Below, one piece after another: positions 10,881 through 22,743 of a stretch of DNA of 64,000 nt (positions are counted from its first letter, which is position 1; each line of letters begins with the position of its first letter). This DNA comes from Macrostomum lignano. Its lineage: Eukaryota. Both the position numbers and the translations under genes were made by a program. The notes beneath the pieces are model-generated. The model saw only the letters and a list, made by a program, of their open reading frames with translations. It was not told the origin of the DNA and made no database searches. Location: positions 300,944 to 364,943 of the forward strand of contig NIVC01001247.1 of assembly GCA_002269645.1 (NCBI GenBank), read 5' to 3'.

Positions 10881-11231
10881 GATAACAAAAATAGTTTTTA
10901 TATGCTATAGATGGATAGATATTTTATGAATTCGATGAGAATTCTTACATCTAGCTAATTTGATCTGATGCAAAGTGAAAAAAGCTCATTTGAGAAAATT
11001 TAAGCAAGGCTTCAGCTTCGAGAGGTTGGCACAGGGCGATCTCATTGGTTCCGAGCATTGATAAACTCAGGAACCAATTTCTATTGGGTCTTACCAAATA
11101 TCATGTATCTTCAACACATAATCGCATTCGACTTACCATAACCTATCTTAACCTTTCCTACCCATCTTTTTACCTGATTTACCTACATACAATTAATAAT
11201 CTACTACAGGTAAAAGCATCTTTCAAACAAA

Positions 11232-13181
11232 ATGTCTTCCAAGAAAAATTTGCAACGACTTGCAACAAAGCACTTGCTATCTTCATTTGTTGATAAAGAA
11301 AAGAGAGAGCAGGACAAGGTCACCACAGAGGCATCAAGCGGAGCGGAAGAACAACGGATGGACGTCGATGAAGGTGACCAGGAAGAGTTAAGTAATGTTG
11401 ACTTTGATGAGATGGAGTGGAATCGTGATGCAGACGACATCTCCGAAGATGACACCGAAGAAGAAGATAATCGGCCTTTAGAAGTAAAGCTAGAAGCATT
11501 GCTTCTTCTATTTCTCTCAACGTACAATATTTCTCGCAGCGCCATGGCTTTCCTTCTCGCCGGACTTCGAGAAATCGGCATTCCTGCTCCAAAATCTGTT
11601 TTCCGACTGGAACGGCTTCTGAAGAAAGAATTTCCTGTAGGGGAATTACTGGCCATGGGGGATGGACATTTTAAGTACATCTCAATACTCAATAATCTCC
11701 AACTATTAACTCGTCATGGGTTACTGCAACTTGCGCCTGAAAATCTGCAGAAATCAAGTGGTTCAACAAAAGTGTACACATTTGAGGCCCACCTGAATAG
11801 TGACGGATGTCCTCTTTTCCGTGCGAGTCAATTTGGCTTGTGGCCATTATTAATGACAATTCCAAAAGCATTCGCTAAGCCATTTCCGGTGGCAATTTGG
11901 GCTGGTATAGGCAAGCCACCATTAAAAGAATATTTGCAAGAATTCTGCGCGGAGGCGACGATGTTCTTATCTGAACCCGTTAAAATCTCCGATGAGATAA
12001 GCATCATGCTCTCCGCTATTTACTTTATATGCGACACCCCTGCGCGCAACTTCCTAATGTGCACATCCGGTCACACATCTTACGTTGGTTGTCAATACTG
12101 TAGAGCCGTGGGTTCACGTGACGACAACAGAGTTGTCTTTTCAACAACCATCGCCGAGAGTCGTTGTGGACAGATATATCGCGAAGGAGGTGAAAGCAAT
12201 CAAGCTGAATCTAAAATATTGTCACCGCTGCTGCACTTGCCGAATATGGACTTCGCGAACTGGTTCCCACTCGATTTTCAGCATGCAATCTGTCTTGGAG
12301 CCGTGAGAAAAATTATGAACTTTTATTTTGGAAAAGGAGGCTGCAAACATTCTAGGAAAACAGTTAAACATCTGTCGGACTACATTGATGAAATTGCCTG
12401 CTGGACTCCAAGCAACTTTCAAAGAAGGCCACGGCGCATTGACAAGTGCTTGTCATTTCTGAAGGCAACTGAATTCAGACAGTATGTTTTGTATCTGGGT
12501 CCTGTACTTTTTAAGAGATACATACCAGAAAAACTTTACAAAAACTTCTTACTTTTGCACTTTGCCGTGTTCTGCTACTCATCCGAGAAGTACTCTGAAC
12601 TTTGGTCTCAAGCAAAAAGTTGTATCGAAGTCTTTGTAGAGCAATTGTCCAAAATGTTTGGCAAAAAAGCTATCAGCTACAACATTCACGCTCTGCTTCA
12701 TTTCGACTACTTTGTAAGGAAATTTGGTAATCTGAACAACTTTTCGACTTTTCCCTTTGAGAACTATCTTGGTTCCATAAAGAGGAAAATTAAAGTCACC
12801 AGGCATCCAGCTGCACATGCTGTTGTTCAAGCGCTCAAAGTTCGAAATTTGAATTTGAAGGATCATTGTCTCCCGCCCTTAAAGTACAGCACAAAGAAGG
12901 GTGACAACTGCTGCTTCGTTGGTTCGCAGTGTGTGCTAATTCAACACGTGACTATTAACGGCAAAGTGTCAGGTAGAATTCTGCGGCCTACTGAAAGCCT
13001 CTATACGTATCCATTCCCTTCGCTGCTTCTTGGAATTGGTGTATATCACCTGACATCCGAGATCACGACTGGACAACCAAGCCGCAAATGTTGGCTCCTA
13101 CCCCATGCGACTTCGGCAGCAGCTGAGGGCGAGACAGTGGACTCATTCTATGTAATTCCACTAGCAGGGCACGATGAATAG
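11232..13181 (+). CDS. CACTA/EnSpm (CMC superfamily) DDE transposase
   Basis: Intact 649-aa ORF with LNSDGCPLF, CDTPARNFL, GHTSYVGCQYC, PLDFQHAICLG, FLKATEFRQ, YNIHALLH and FSTFPFENYLGSIKR motifs typical of this family. Confidence 0.88.
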   Translation: MSSKKNLQRLATKHLLSSFVDKEKREQDKVTTEASSGAEEQRMDVDEGDQEELSNVDFDEMEWNRDADDISEDDTEEEDNRPLEVKLEALLLLFLSTYNISRSAMAFLLAGLREIGIPAPKSVFRLERLLKKEFPVGELLAMGDGHFKYISILNNLQLLTRHGLLQLAPENLQKSSGSTKVYTFEAHLNSDGCPLFRASQFGLWPLLMTIPKAFAKPFPVAIWAGIGKPPLKEYLQEFCAEATMFLSEPVKISDEISIMLSAIYFICDTPARNFLMCTSGHTSYVGCQYCRAVGSRDDNRVVFSTTIAESRCGQIYREGGESNQAESKILSPLLHLPNMDFANWFPLDFQHAICLGAVRKIMNFYFGKGGCKHSRKTVKHLSDYIDEIACWTPSNFQRRPRRIDKCLSFLKATEFRQYVLYLGPVLFKRYIPEKLYKNFLLLHFAVFCYSSEKYSELWSQAKSCIEVFVEQLSKMFGKKAISYNIHALLHFDYFVRKFGNLNNFSTFPFENYLGSIKRKIKVTRHPAAHAVVQALKVRNLNLKDHCLPPLKYSTKKGDNCCFVGSQCVLIQHVTINGKVSGRILRPTESLYTYPFPSLLLGIGVYHLTSEITTGQPSRKCWLLPHATSAAAEGETVDSFYVIPLAGHDE

Positions 13182-13626
13182 ATTTCTCAGGTAAATATAG
13201 TTCATTGGCCTTTCTACTTACTTGTGTCTGTGTTTTATCAATCAATTTAAATAAACACCTGTCAGTAAATTAAAAAAGTTCTAAATTATTATTTAATTAT
13301 TTAATTAGATTCAATTATCGACTTTCATTTCTAAAATAATTATGTTAACAGGATCGATAGCGTCATCGACATCTTCCGATTCGTCCTGCGCTGTGTCCCA
13401 GAGAAGATGAAGTAAAGCTGTGATTCCATAAAGCAGCTAGAACAGCTGGAATTCCATAAAGACTGGAGAGGGCTGATAATAAGTAGAGCCATAAGTTTTC
13501 ATGGAGTCTTGTGAAAGCCTTCACTTCCTATCCTATATACCAAAATGAGTCGTCTGTATGTACAGTATGTATGAATGTTATTTTTAAACCCCCATCTCGA
13601 TCATTTGTAGAAGTCTGTGTCACTGT

Positions 13627-13755
13627 CAGTGTAACACAAACACACACATATATATATATTATATATATATATATATGTGTGTGTGTATATATATGTACAT
13701 ATATATATATAAAACATATATATATGTGTGTGTGTGTTTGTGTGTATATATATAC
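13627..13755. repeat. Compound (CA)/(TA)/(TG) microsatellite
   Basis: Direct reading of the sequence. Confidence 0.95.
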
Positions 13756-14754
13756 TTGTGTTGTTCCCTTGCTCCCCATTAATATTTTATTACCTTTGCG
13801 ACTTACTGTGTATATTCTTGTTAACCTGTGCTTGTGTTGTGAGCCAGCCACAACACAAGTCGTGCTGGTTTCTACGATATCCCACTATGAAAAATCCATG
13901 GAACTAGCTCTTGTTGAGGCATCAAACTAGCTATCGAGACTTTATTTTTAAGCCTCGTATTCTAATTCTATGCTAGATTTCCAGGAATTCGAGGCTGGTT
14001 CGAGAATAGTTTGCGAAAACGCTACCCTAGAACACCTGGTGTTTCCGTGTCCTTAATATGGCTTGTGTAAAATCCGAGACCTCTCTGTCTCCTTTCTTTA
14101 TTGCATTTCCTAAGGGAAGCTAACAAAGGGGAATCACAGTCACTGAACAAAGTAAGCACTAAGGGTTGCGTAAATACTCGTATGAATTGCGTTTTAGACC
14201 GCTTTATTAATCAAGCCATATTGTTATGAACCCCTTTTCGCGATCGATTCTTCAACTATATAGTTGAGATTATTCTCACTGCTCCCAAAAAATTACTAAG
14301 CTAAGGCCCCAAAGCCTTCAAATTTGTGCAGACCTTGTGCAGTATGTTTACATCCGAATGCTAAATATTCAAATGAGTGCGTTACTAAGTGTCAAGCTAA
14401 ATATTACTTTAGAGTTAATCTTCAAGTTCAATGCTTGGCAGGCTTGTCATTTGAGTATTCGAATTCTCAGTAAAGAGTATTGCAGCTTTTATCTAAAGGC
14501 AAATTTCTCAATGACTCGTAAACTTGTGCACCCAGGTCAAGTAATTTTCCAAGAAATGCCTTTTCTATTCATCCTGTGTGAGCATTTTTGTAAGAATTAG
14601 CTGGTAAAATAAACTGAGTCTTGCTTTCAATTCCTTGCAATCAATATACATGTACCTATATTTGAAAATGAGGAACCTAATACTTGTGTTGCTTTATTAT
14701 TGTCAGATTATAGTTTTTAGTATATACATGTTAGGACATAGATAACTTTAATGG

Positions 14755-14868
14755 AGACTCAGATATGAGATTCTAACCGATTATTAGAGCGTGCCAGTCG
14801 GTGTCACCCACAAAAAGAATGTCTCTATCTCAATCAGCTTTCGACTTCGAGATTTTTGAAGGGCGCTT
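14755..14868 (-). repeat. Isolated, diverged, inverted partial monomer of the 185-bp satellite
   Basis: AGACTCAGATATGAGATTCTA..ATTAGAGCGTG.CAGTC..TGTC....AAAGAAT..GTCTCTA.CT.AATC.GCTTTC aligns to the reverse complement of the satellite's constant region. Confidence 0.8.
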
Positions 14869-15646
14869 ATGCTTTCGCAGTTTTTGTACAGATGTTAAGA
14901 AACGGCGAATGCAACTGCTTGTTATTCTGAGTCTGTTTGAAATATCTGATACCATTTATTTTTCGTAACTTGTGATACGGTATACATGTATATAATTAAG
15001 CCAATATATACCAAAGCTCTATACGAAAGAACAAAGCAAACCAAACAAAGATTTCCTAGCTCTGCTTCTCCCCTCTTCCCCTTAAGAGTGGTGTGCCACG
15101 ATTTGCATGGATTTGGCCTTAAAAAATCGGGATACCGAACCGAAGCAACTGAAGCAGAAATTCGTTTCTGCGTTGTGCCTCTAACGGGCGACAGTGATTA
15201 GATTCAAACGGATTTGTTATTAGCTCGACTCGTATATAGCCTAAAGTTTATGTCAAGATTTCTAGATTGTATATTGGTATTAATTGAAACGTATATCGTT
15301 TCCCACAGCTGTTTTGGAATCATCAATCAGCTGCTTTGATTTCTCGACTCCGCCCCGAATGCATTTGCCGAAAAAACTACTAGCTTATGCGACTGTGAAC
15401 TGGCATCATCGATACACAAAGAGACTGAAACCTCGAGAACGCTAGCTATAAGTCCGTTTTTGTTCTGCCTTGCTTTCTTGGTTCTGCTTTGTTGAAGGCC
15501 TTCCTAATGTATCAAAACCAAGATTTATATCTGTTTAGCTGCATAGCTAACAAAAATCGTGGAAACCCATTCTATTCATGGTCTGAGAACCCTGATCATG
15601 CATGGACGACTATATATAAGCACCCGGACAGGAAACGGAAAATACA

Positions 15647-16790
15647 TTATTTTTTTCTGTACAACATGGGGCAAAGTTCCTTCTGAGGAAGAGAGGAGTG
15701 GGGGCCCTTCTCCGCAACACTCTTTCCCTCACGGCATCCCAAACAAGCAAACGCGTACATATCGCGTTCCAGCCTGAAGCCAAAGTGAGCAAGTGCATGA
15801 AAAGACAGTGACACAGACTGTGGGGTTGTACATTGACAAGTGGTTTGAATAAGGATAACTGTTGCCTTTTCTCTCGATTGCACTATAATTTAGTGACTCT
15901 AAAACGTTATTTATCTGCATTTTTTCACCAACTGTTTGCTGATTATTTTAAATTGCCAATCCTGCATAAATAAACAGTGCCGAATTCTGAAATAGTAGTT
16001 ATTGGCATTGGCATGTCATCAATAAATGAGATTCTGTCTTGCGCTCAAAACTTATTTTCCATGATTGATTCTTTTGGTGGCTGAGGAACGGACTGGCTGG
16101 GGGAAGAAGAATGCCCTCATCTTGTACAGGCGGCAATTTCGCTTTCAGTCCAGTAGAATCTAGGAGTCCATGGATCGTGCCTGGATCAAACAAAGAGGCT
16201 GGAAAAAAAACTTTTTTCTTATCGGGGGAGTATCGGACGAGACAGTAGGAACCTGGTGGCGTGGCAAAAAAGATGTCGGAAGGAGAAGCTCGAGAGGCTA
16301 ATAAATTAGATTTTTGCTTCTAAATGGAAGAAGCAAAAGAGATAAAGGGTTCCGAATGCCGTGGGTATCCTCATGCCCATTTCCAAACATATACAATATA
16401 GACAGGTAAAGTGAAGTAAAAAAGCCTCTAGGACATAAAAATGGTTTATCTCACCGCTCGATCGATACAGAGCGGGTCTCTTTCTTGGACAGAGCATATG
16501 TCCAACAGATACGGCTCTGTTGGACCAATGCTATACTTTTTGCGGCCTCAGTCATACATATCGGGGGAAGAACCTTCTGTGTTGATTTTTCGTCCCGGCA
16601 AGCCTCGAGATTTGGTCTGTGACTCGAAGAATAAGAACAAAGAGGTTCGGTTGTCTCCAGAGCGGCCAGATGTGGGTCTGCGATCTGTGAAGCATCTGCA
16701 TTTGGCCCCCTGTCTTTAGCAAACTCAGCATTGCTTTTCCTGTGCCTGGTCCCCTGGGTCCAGGAAACTGCTTTCTCCTGGTCAAGGAAG
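15647..16790 (-). CDS. Possible exons of an unknown spliced gene
   Basis: Open, non-repetitive stretches at about 16781-16552 (FLDQEKAVSWTQG...QKVLPRY), 16200-16000 (after a strong T8CCAG acceptor) and 15800-15647. The splice phases could not be reconciled. Confidence 0.25.
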
Positions 16791-16849
16791 CTGTATTAGT
16801 AGACTTAACATGAAATTCTACAGATCACTAGAGCGTATCAGTCGGTGTC

Positions 16850-19800
16850 ATCTGTAGAATTTCATATTTGACTCTAGTAAAACAGCTTGGCAATTGCTGA
16901 TTGATTATCCTGGATTTCCCGTATTTTAATGCATAGAAAATTTTCCGGAATCGCCGCCTTGGAATATCTAGAAAGCAGATTAAGCTAGAGACACGATTCT
17001 TTCTAGGGAAGATAGGGACTGACACGCTCTAATGATCTGTAGAATCTCATATTTGAGTCTTCTAATACAGCTTGGCAATTGCTGATTGATTTTCGCGAAT
17101 TTCACCATTTGAATGCATTGCAATTTTCTGGAATCGCCGTTTTTGAGTGAATATCTGGAAAGCAGATTAAGCTAGAGACACGATTCTTTCTGGGAAGACA
17201 GGGACTGACACGCTCTAATGATCTGTAGAATCTCATATCTGAGTCTTCTAATACAGCTTGGCAATTGTGATTGATTTTCCTGGATTTCCCTTATTTAATA
17301 CATAGAAATTTTCCGGAATCTCCGCCTTCGAATATCTGGAAAGAGATTAAGCTAGAGACATGATTCTTTCTAGGGAAGACAGGGACTGACACGCTCTAAT
17401 GATCTGTAGAATCTCATATCTGAGTCTTCTAATACAGCTTGGCAATTGCTGATTGATTTTCCTGAATTTCACCATTTGAAATCATTGCAATTTTCTGGAA
17501 TCGCCGTTTTGAGTGAATATCTGGAAAGCAGATTAAGCTAGAGACACGATTCTTTCTGGGGAAGACAGGGACTGACACGCTCTAATGATCTGTAGAATCT
17601 CATATCTGAGTCTTCTAATACAGCTTGGCAATTTGTGATTGATTTTCCTGGATTTCCCTTATTTAAATACATAGAAATTTTCCGGAATCTCCGCCTTCGA
17701 ATATCTGGAAAGCAGATTAAGCTAGAGACATGATTCTTTCTAGGGAAGACAGGGACTGACACGCTCTAATGATCTGTAGAATCTCATATCTGAGTCTTCT
17801 AATACAGCTTGGCAATTGCTGATTGATTTTCCTGGATTTCCCTTATTTAAATACATAGAAATTTTCCGGAATCTCCGCCTTCGAATATCTGGAAAGCAGA
17901 TTAAGCTAGAGATATGATTCTTTCTAGGGAAGACAGGGACTGACACGCTCTAATGATCTGTAGAATCTCATATCTGAGTCTTCTAATACAGCTTGGCAAT
18001 TTGTGATTGATTTTCCTGGATTTCCCTTATTTAAATACATAGAAATTTTCGGAATCTCCGCCTTCGAATATCTGGAAAGCAGATTAAGCTAGAGACACGA
18101 TTCTTTCTAGGGAAGACAGGGACTGACACGCTCTAATGATCTGTAGAATCTCATATCTGAGTCTTCTAATACAGCTTGGCAATTGCTGATTGATTTTCGC
18201 GAATTTCACCATTTGAATGCATTGCAATTTTCTGGAATCGCCATTTTTGAATGAATATCTGGAAAGCAGATTAAGCTAGAGACACGATTCTTTCTGGGGA
18301 AGACAGGGACTGACACGCTCTAATGATCTGTAGAATCTCATATCTGAGTCTTCTAATACAGCTTGGCAATTGTGATTGATTTTCCTGGATTTCCCTTATT
18401 TAAATACATAGAAATTTTCCGGAATCTCCGCCTTCGAATATCTGGAAAGCAGATTAAGCTAGAGACATGATTCTTTCTAGGGAAGATAGGGACTGACACG
18501 CTCTAATGATCTGTAGAATCTCATATCTGAGTCTTCTAATACAGCTTGGCAATTTGTGATTGATTTTCCTGGATTTCCCTTATTAAATACATAGAAATTT
18601 TCCGGAATCTCCGCCTTCGAATATCTGGAAAGCAGATTAAGCTAGAGACACGATTCTTTCTAGGGAAGACAGGGACTGACACGCTCTAATGATCTGTAGA
18701 ATCTCATATCTGAGTCTTCTAATACAGCTTGGCAATTGCTGATTGATTTTCGCGAATTTCACCATTTGAATGCATTGCAATTTTCTGGAATCGCCATTTT
18801 TGAATGAATATCTGGAAAGCAGATTAAGCTAGAGACACGATTCTTTCTGGAAAGACAGGGACTGACACGCTCTAATGATCTGTAGAATCTCATATCTGAG
18901 TCTTCTAATACAGCTTGGCAATTGTGATTGATTTTCCTGGATTTCCCTTATTTAAATACATAGAAATTTTCCGGAATCTCCGCCTTCGAATATCTGGAAA
19001 GCAGATTAAGCTAGAGACACGATTCTTTCTAGGGAAGACAGGGACTGACACGCTCTAATGATCTGTAGAATCTCATATCTGAGTCTTCTAATACAGCTTG
19101 GCAATTGCTGATTGATTTTCGCGAATTTCACCATTTGAATGCATTGCAATTTTCTGGAATCGCCATTTTTGAATGAATATCTGGAAAGCAGATTAAGCTA
19201 GAGACACGATTCTTTCTGGGGAAGACAGGGACTGACACGCTCTAATGATCTGTAGAATCTCATATCTGAGTCTTCTAATACAGCTTGGCAATTGTGATTG
19301 ATTTTCCTGGATTTCCCTTATTTAAATACATAGAAATTTTCCGGAATCTCCGCCTTCGAATATCTGGAAAGCAGATTAAGCTAGAGACACGATTCTTTCT
19401 CTAGGGAAGATAGGGACTGACACGCTCTAATGATCTGTAGAATCTCATATCTGAGTCTTCTAATACAGCTTTGCAATTGCTGATTGATTTTCCTGGATTT
19501 CCCTTATTTAAATACATAGAAATTTTCCGGAATCTCCGCCTTCGAATATCTGGAAAGCAGATTAAGCTAGAGACATGATTCTTTCTAGGGAAGATAGGGA
19601 CTGACACGCTCTAATGATCTGTAGAATCTCATATCTGAGTCTTCTAATACAGCTTGGCAATTGCTGATTGATTTTCGCGAATTTCACCATTTGAATGCAT
19701 TGCAATTTTCTGGAATCGCCATTTTTGAATGAATATCTGGAAAGCAGATTAAGCTAGAGACACGATTCTTTCTGGAAAGACAGGGACTGACACGCTCTAA

Positions 19801-22100
19801 TGATCTGTAGAATCTCATATTGAGTCTTCTAATACAGCTTGGCAATTGCTGATTGATTTTCCTGGATTTCCCTTATTTAAATACATAGAAATTTTCCGGA
19901 ATCTCCGCCTTCAAATATCTGGAAAGCAGATTAAGCTAGAGACATGATTCTTTCTAGGGAAGATAGGGACTGACACGCTCTAATGATCTGTAGAATCTCA
20001 TATCTGAGTCTTCTAATACAGCTTGGCAATTGCTGATTGATTTTCGCGAATTTCACCATTTGAATGCATTGCAATTTTCTGGAATCGCCATTTTTGAATG
20101 AATATCTGGAAGCAGATTAAGCTAGAGACACGATTCTTTCTGGGGAAGACAGGGACTGACACGCTCTAATGATCTGTAGAATCTCATATTTGAGTCTTCT
20201 AATACAGCTTGGCAATTGCTGATTGATTTTCCTGGATTTCCCTTATTTAAATACATAGAAATTTTCCGGAATCTCCGCCTTCGAATATCTGGAAAGCAGA
20301 TTAAGCTAGAGACACGATTCTTTCTGGGGAAGATAGGGACTGACACGCTCTAATGATCTGTAGAATCTCATATCTGAGTCTTCTAATACAGCTTGGCAAT
20401 TGCTGATTGATTTTCGCGAATTTCACCATTTGAATGCATTGCAATTTTCTGGAATCGCCATTTTTGAATGAATATCTGGAAGGCAGATTAAGCTAGAGAC
20501 ACGATTCTTTCTAGGGAAGATAGGGACTGACACGCTCTAATGATCTGTAGAATCTCATATCTGAGTCTTCTAATACAGCTTGGCAATTGCTGATTGATTT
20601 TCGCGAATTTCACCATTTGAATGCATTGCAATTTTCTGGAATCGCCATTTTTGAATGAATATCTGGAAGGCAGATTAAGCTAGAGACACGATTCTTTCTA
20701 GGGAAGATAGGGACTGACACGCTCTAATGATCTGTAGAATCTCATATCTGAGTCTTCTAATACAGCTTGGCAATTTGTGATTGATTTTCCTGGATTTCCC
20801 TTATTTAAATACATAGAAATTTTCCGGAATCTCCGCCTTCGAATATCTGGAAAGCAGATTAAGCTAGAGACACGATTCTTTCTAGGGAAGATAGGGACTG
20901 ACACGCTCTAATGATCTGTAGAATCTCATATCTGAGTCTTCTAATACAGCTTGGCAATTGCTGATTGATTTTCGCGAATTTCACCATTTGAATGCATTGC
21001 AATTTTCTGGAATCGCCATTTTTGAATGAATATCTGGAAAGCAGATTAAGCTAGAGACACGATTCTTTCTGGGGAAGACAGGGACTGACACGCTCTAATG
21101 ATCTGTAGAATCTCATATCTGAGTCTTCTAAAACAGCTTGGCAATTTGTGATTGATTTTCCTGGATTTCCCTTATTAAAATACATAGAAATTTTCCGGAA
21201 TCTCCGCCTTCGAATATCTGGAAAGCAGATTAAGCTAGAGACACGATTCTTTCTAGGGAAGATAGGGACTGACACGCTCTAATGATCTGTAGAATCTCAT
21301 ATCTGAGTCTTCTAATACAGCTTGGCAATTGCTGATTGATTTTCGCGAATTTCACCATTTGAATGCATTGCAATTTTCTGGAATCGCCGTTTTTGAGTGA
21401 ATATCTGGAAAGCAGATTAAGCTAGAGACACGATTCTTTCTGGGGAAGACAGGGACTGACACGCTCTAATGATCTGTAGAATCTCATATTTGAGTCTTCT
21501 AATACAGCTTGGCAATTTGTGATTGATTTTCCTGGATTTCCCTTATTTAAATACATAGAAATTTTCCGGAATCTCCGCCTTCGAATATCTGGAAAGCAGA
21601 TTAAGCTAGAGACACGATTCTTTCTGGGGAAGATAGGGACTGACACGCTCTAATGATCTGTAGAATCTCATATTTGAGTCTTCTAATACAGCTTGGCAAT
21701 TTGTGATTGATTTTCGCGAATTTCACCATTTGAATGCATTGCAATTTTCTGGAATCGCCGTTTTTGAATGAATATCTGGAAAGCAGATTAAGCTAGAGAC
21801 ACGATTCTTTCTGGGGAAGATAGGGACTGACACGCTCTAATGATCTGTAGAATCTCATATCTGAGTCTTCTAATACAGCTTGGCAATTTGTGATTGATTT
21901 TCCTGGATTTCCCTTATTTAAATACATAGAAATTTTCCGGAATCTCCGCCTTCGAATATCTGGAAAGCAGATTAAGCTAGAGACACGATTCTTTCTAGGG
22001 AAGATAGGGACTGACACGCTCCAGCGATCTGCAGAACCTCATATTTGAGTCTTCTAATACAGCTTGGCAATTTCTGATTGTTCTTACTGGATTTCCCATT
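16850..22100 (+). repeat. ~185-bp satellite array, about 29 monomers, two subtypes (A/B) forming ~371-bp dimers
   Basis: Constant part GGGACTGACACGCTCTAATGATCTGTAGAATCTCATATCTGAGTCTTCTAATACAGCTTGGCAA. Variable part A is CCTGGATTTCCCTTATTTAAATACATAG; B is CGCGAATTTCACCATTTGAATGCATTGC. Same-type ORF echoes at 21051, 21422 and 21793 are 371 bp apart. Confidence 0.97.
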
Positions 22101-22743
22101 TAAGAATTGATGACGACACTCATAAAGCAGAAATTTAAAAAATCATCAAAGTTTCATTTCGTAGTTACCTACTTTCAGTAGCATTTATTGAAAAATTCTT
22201 GGCTGAAAGATTCTGAAAAAGCTACTTTTTTGCCGAGAATGATTTTGATAACATACGAGCGTATTATTTCTTGAAATGAGGTTATAGACTTGAAAATTGT
22301 TCAACAAATAAAAATGGAGATCCAGGAACATAAAATTACTAATAATAGACCCTAGACTTATGAAAAGCGTGTTTTTTTACACAGTGCCCCCCACTCTGCG
22401 CCCTCTCGATAGTAAGTAGTACAGTGAAATTGTGAAAAACTCGGCGTCGAAATTTCGATGTTCTGGCGCCCAGCGCCATCTGTTGGACCGGGCGCCAGTG
22501 CACCACTGGGTTGTGTAGCTTTTGTGTAGCGTTAGCGTAGCGTTTGGATTCTGTGCCATACAGGAAAGAAATATTTTTTAAATATTTGTATTAAATCTAA
22601 CGAGCCTGTTGTAATTCAATTTTCAGTTTTAAATCGGTGTTGTAAAATAATTTACAAGCCCTTCGCCGAAGAAGCGGGTAGACTCTGGTCTCTGGTGCCT
22701 GCTCGATGCGAGTAAAGTCTTGCTCGTTCCAAGCTAATTTGGA

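Larger units (their letters stand above)
7949..13181. mobile_element. Core of a CACTA/EnSpm-like DNA transposon (termini not located)
   Basis: Transposase and DUF4806-like gene lie head-to-head, 351 bp apart. No TIR/TSD pair confirmed. Confidence 0.7.

Noticed and set aside
5200-14055. CACGGAA(G/A)CA at about 5206 and its inverse at about 14040-14050 as CACTA termini
   Set aside because: Only a short imperfect match, and flanks show no 2-3-bp TSD.
16850-22100. Repeated 68-74-aa ORFs (MSVPIFPRKN...) as a tandem gene or peptide array; also a CRISPR-like repeat-spacer reading
   Set aside because: The ORFs use non-ATG starts and open or close with single indels among monomers. The variable part has only two alleles, not unique spacers.
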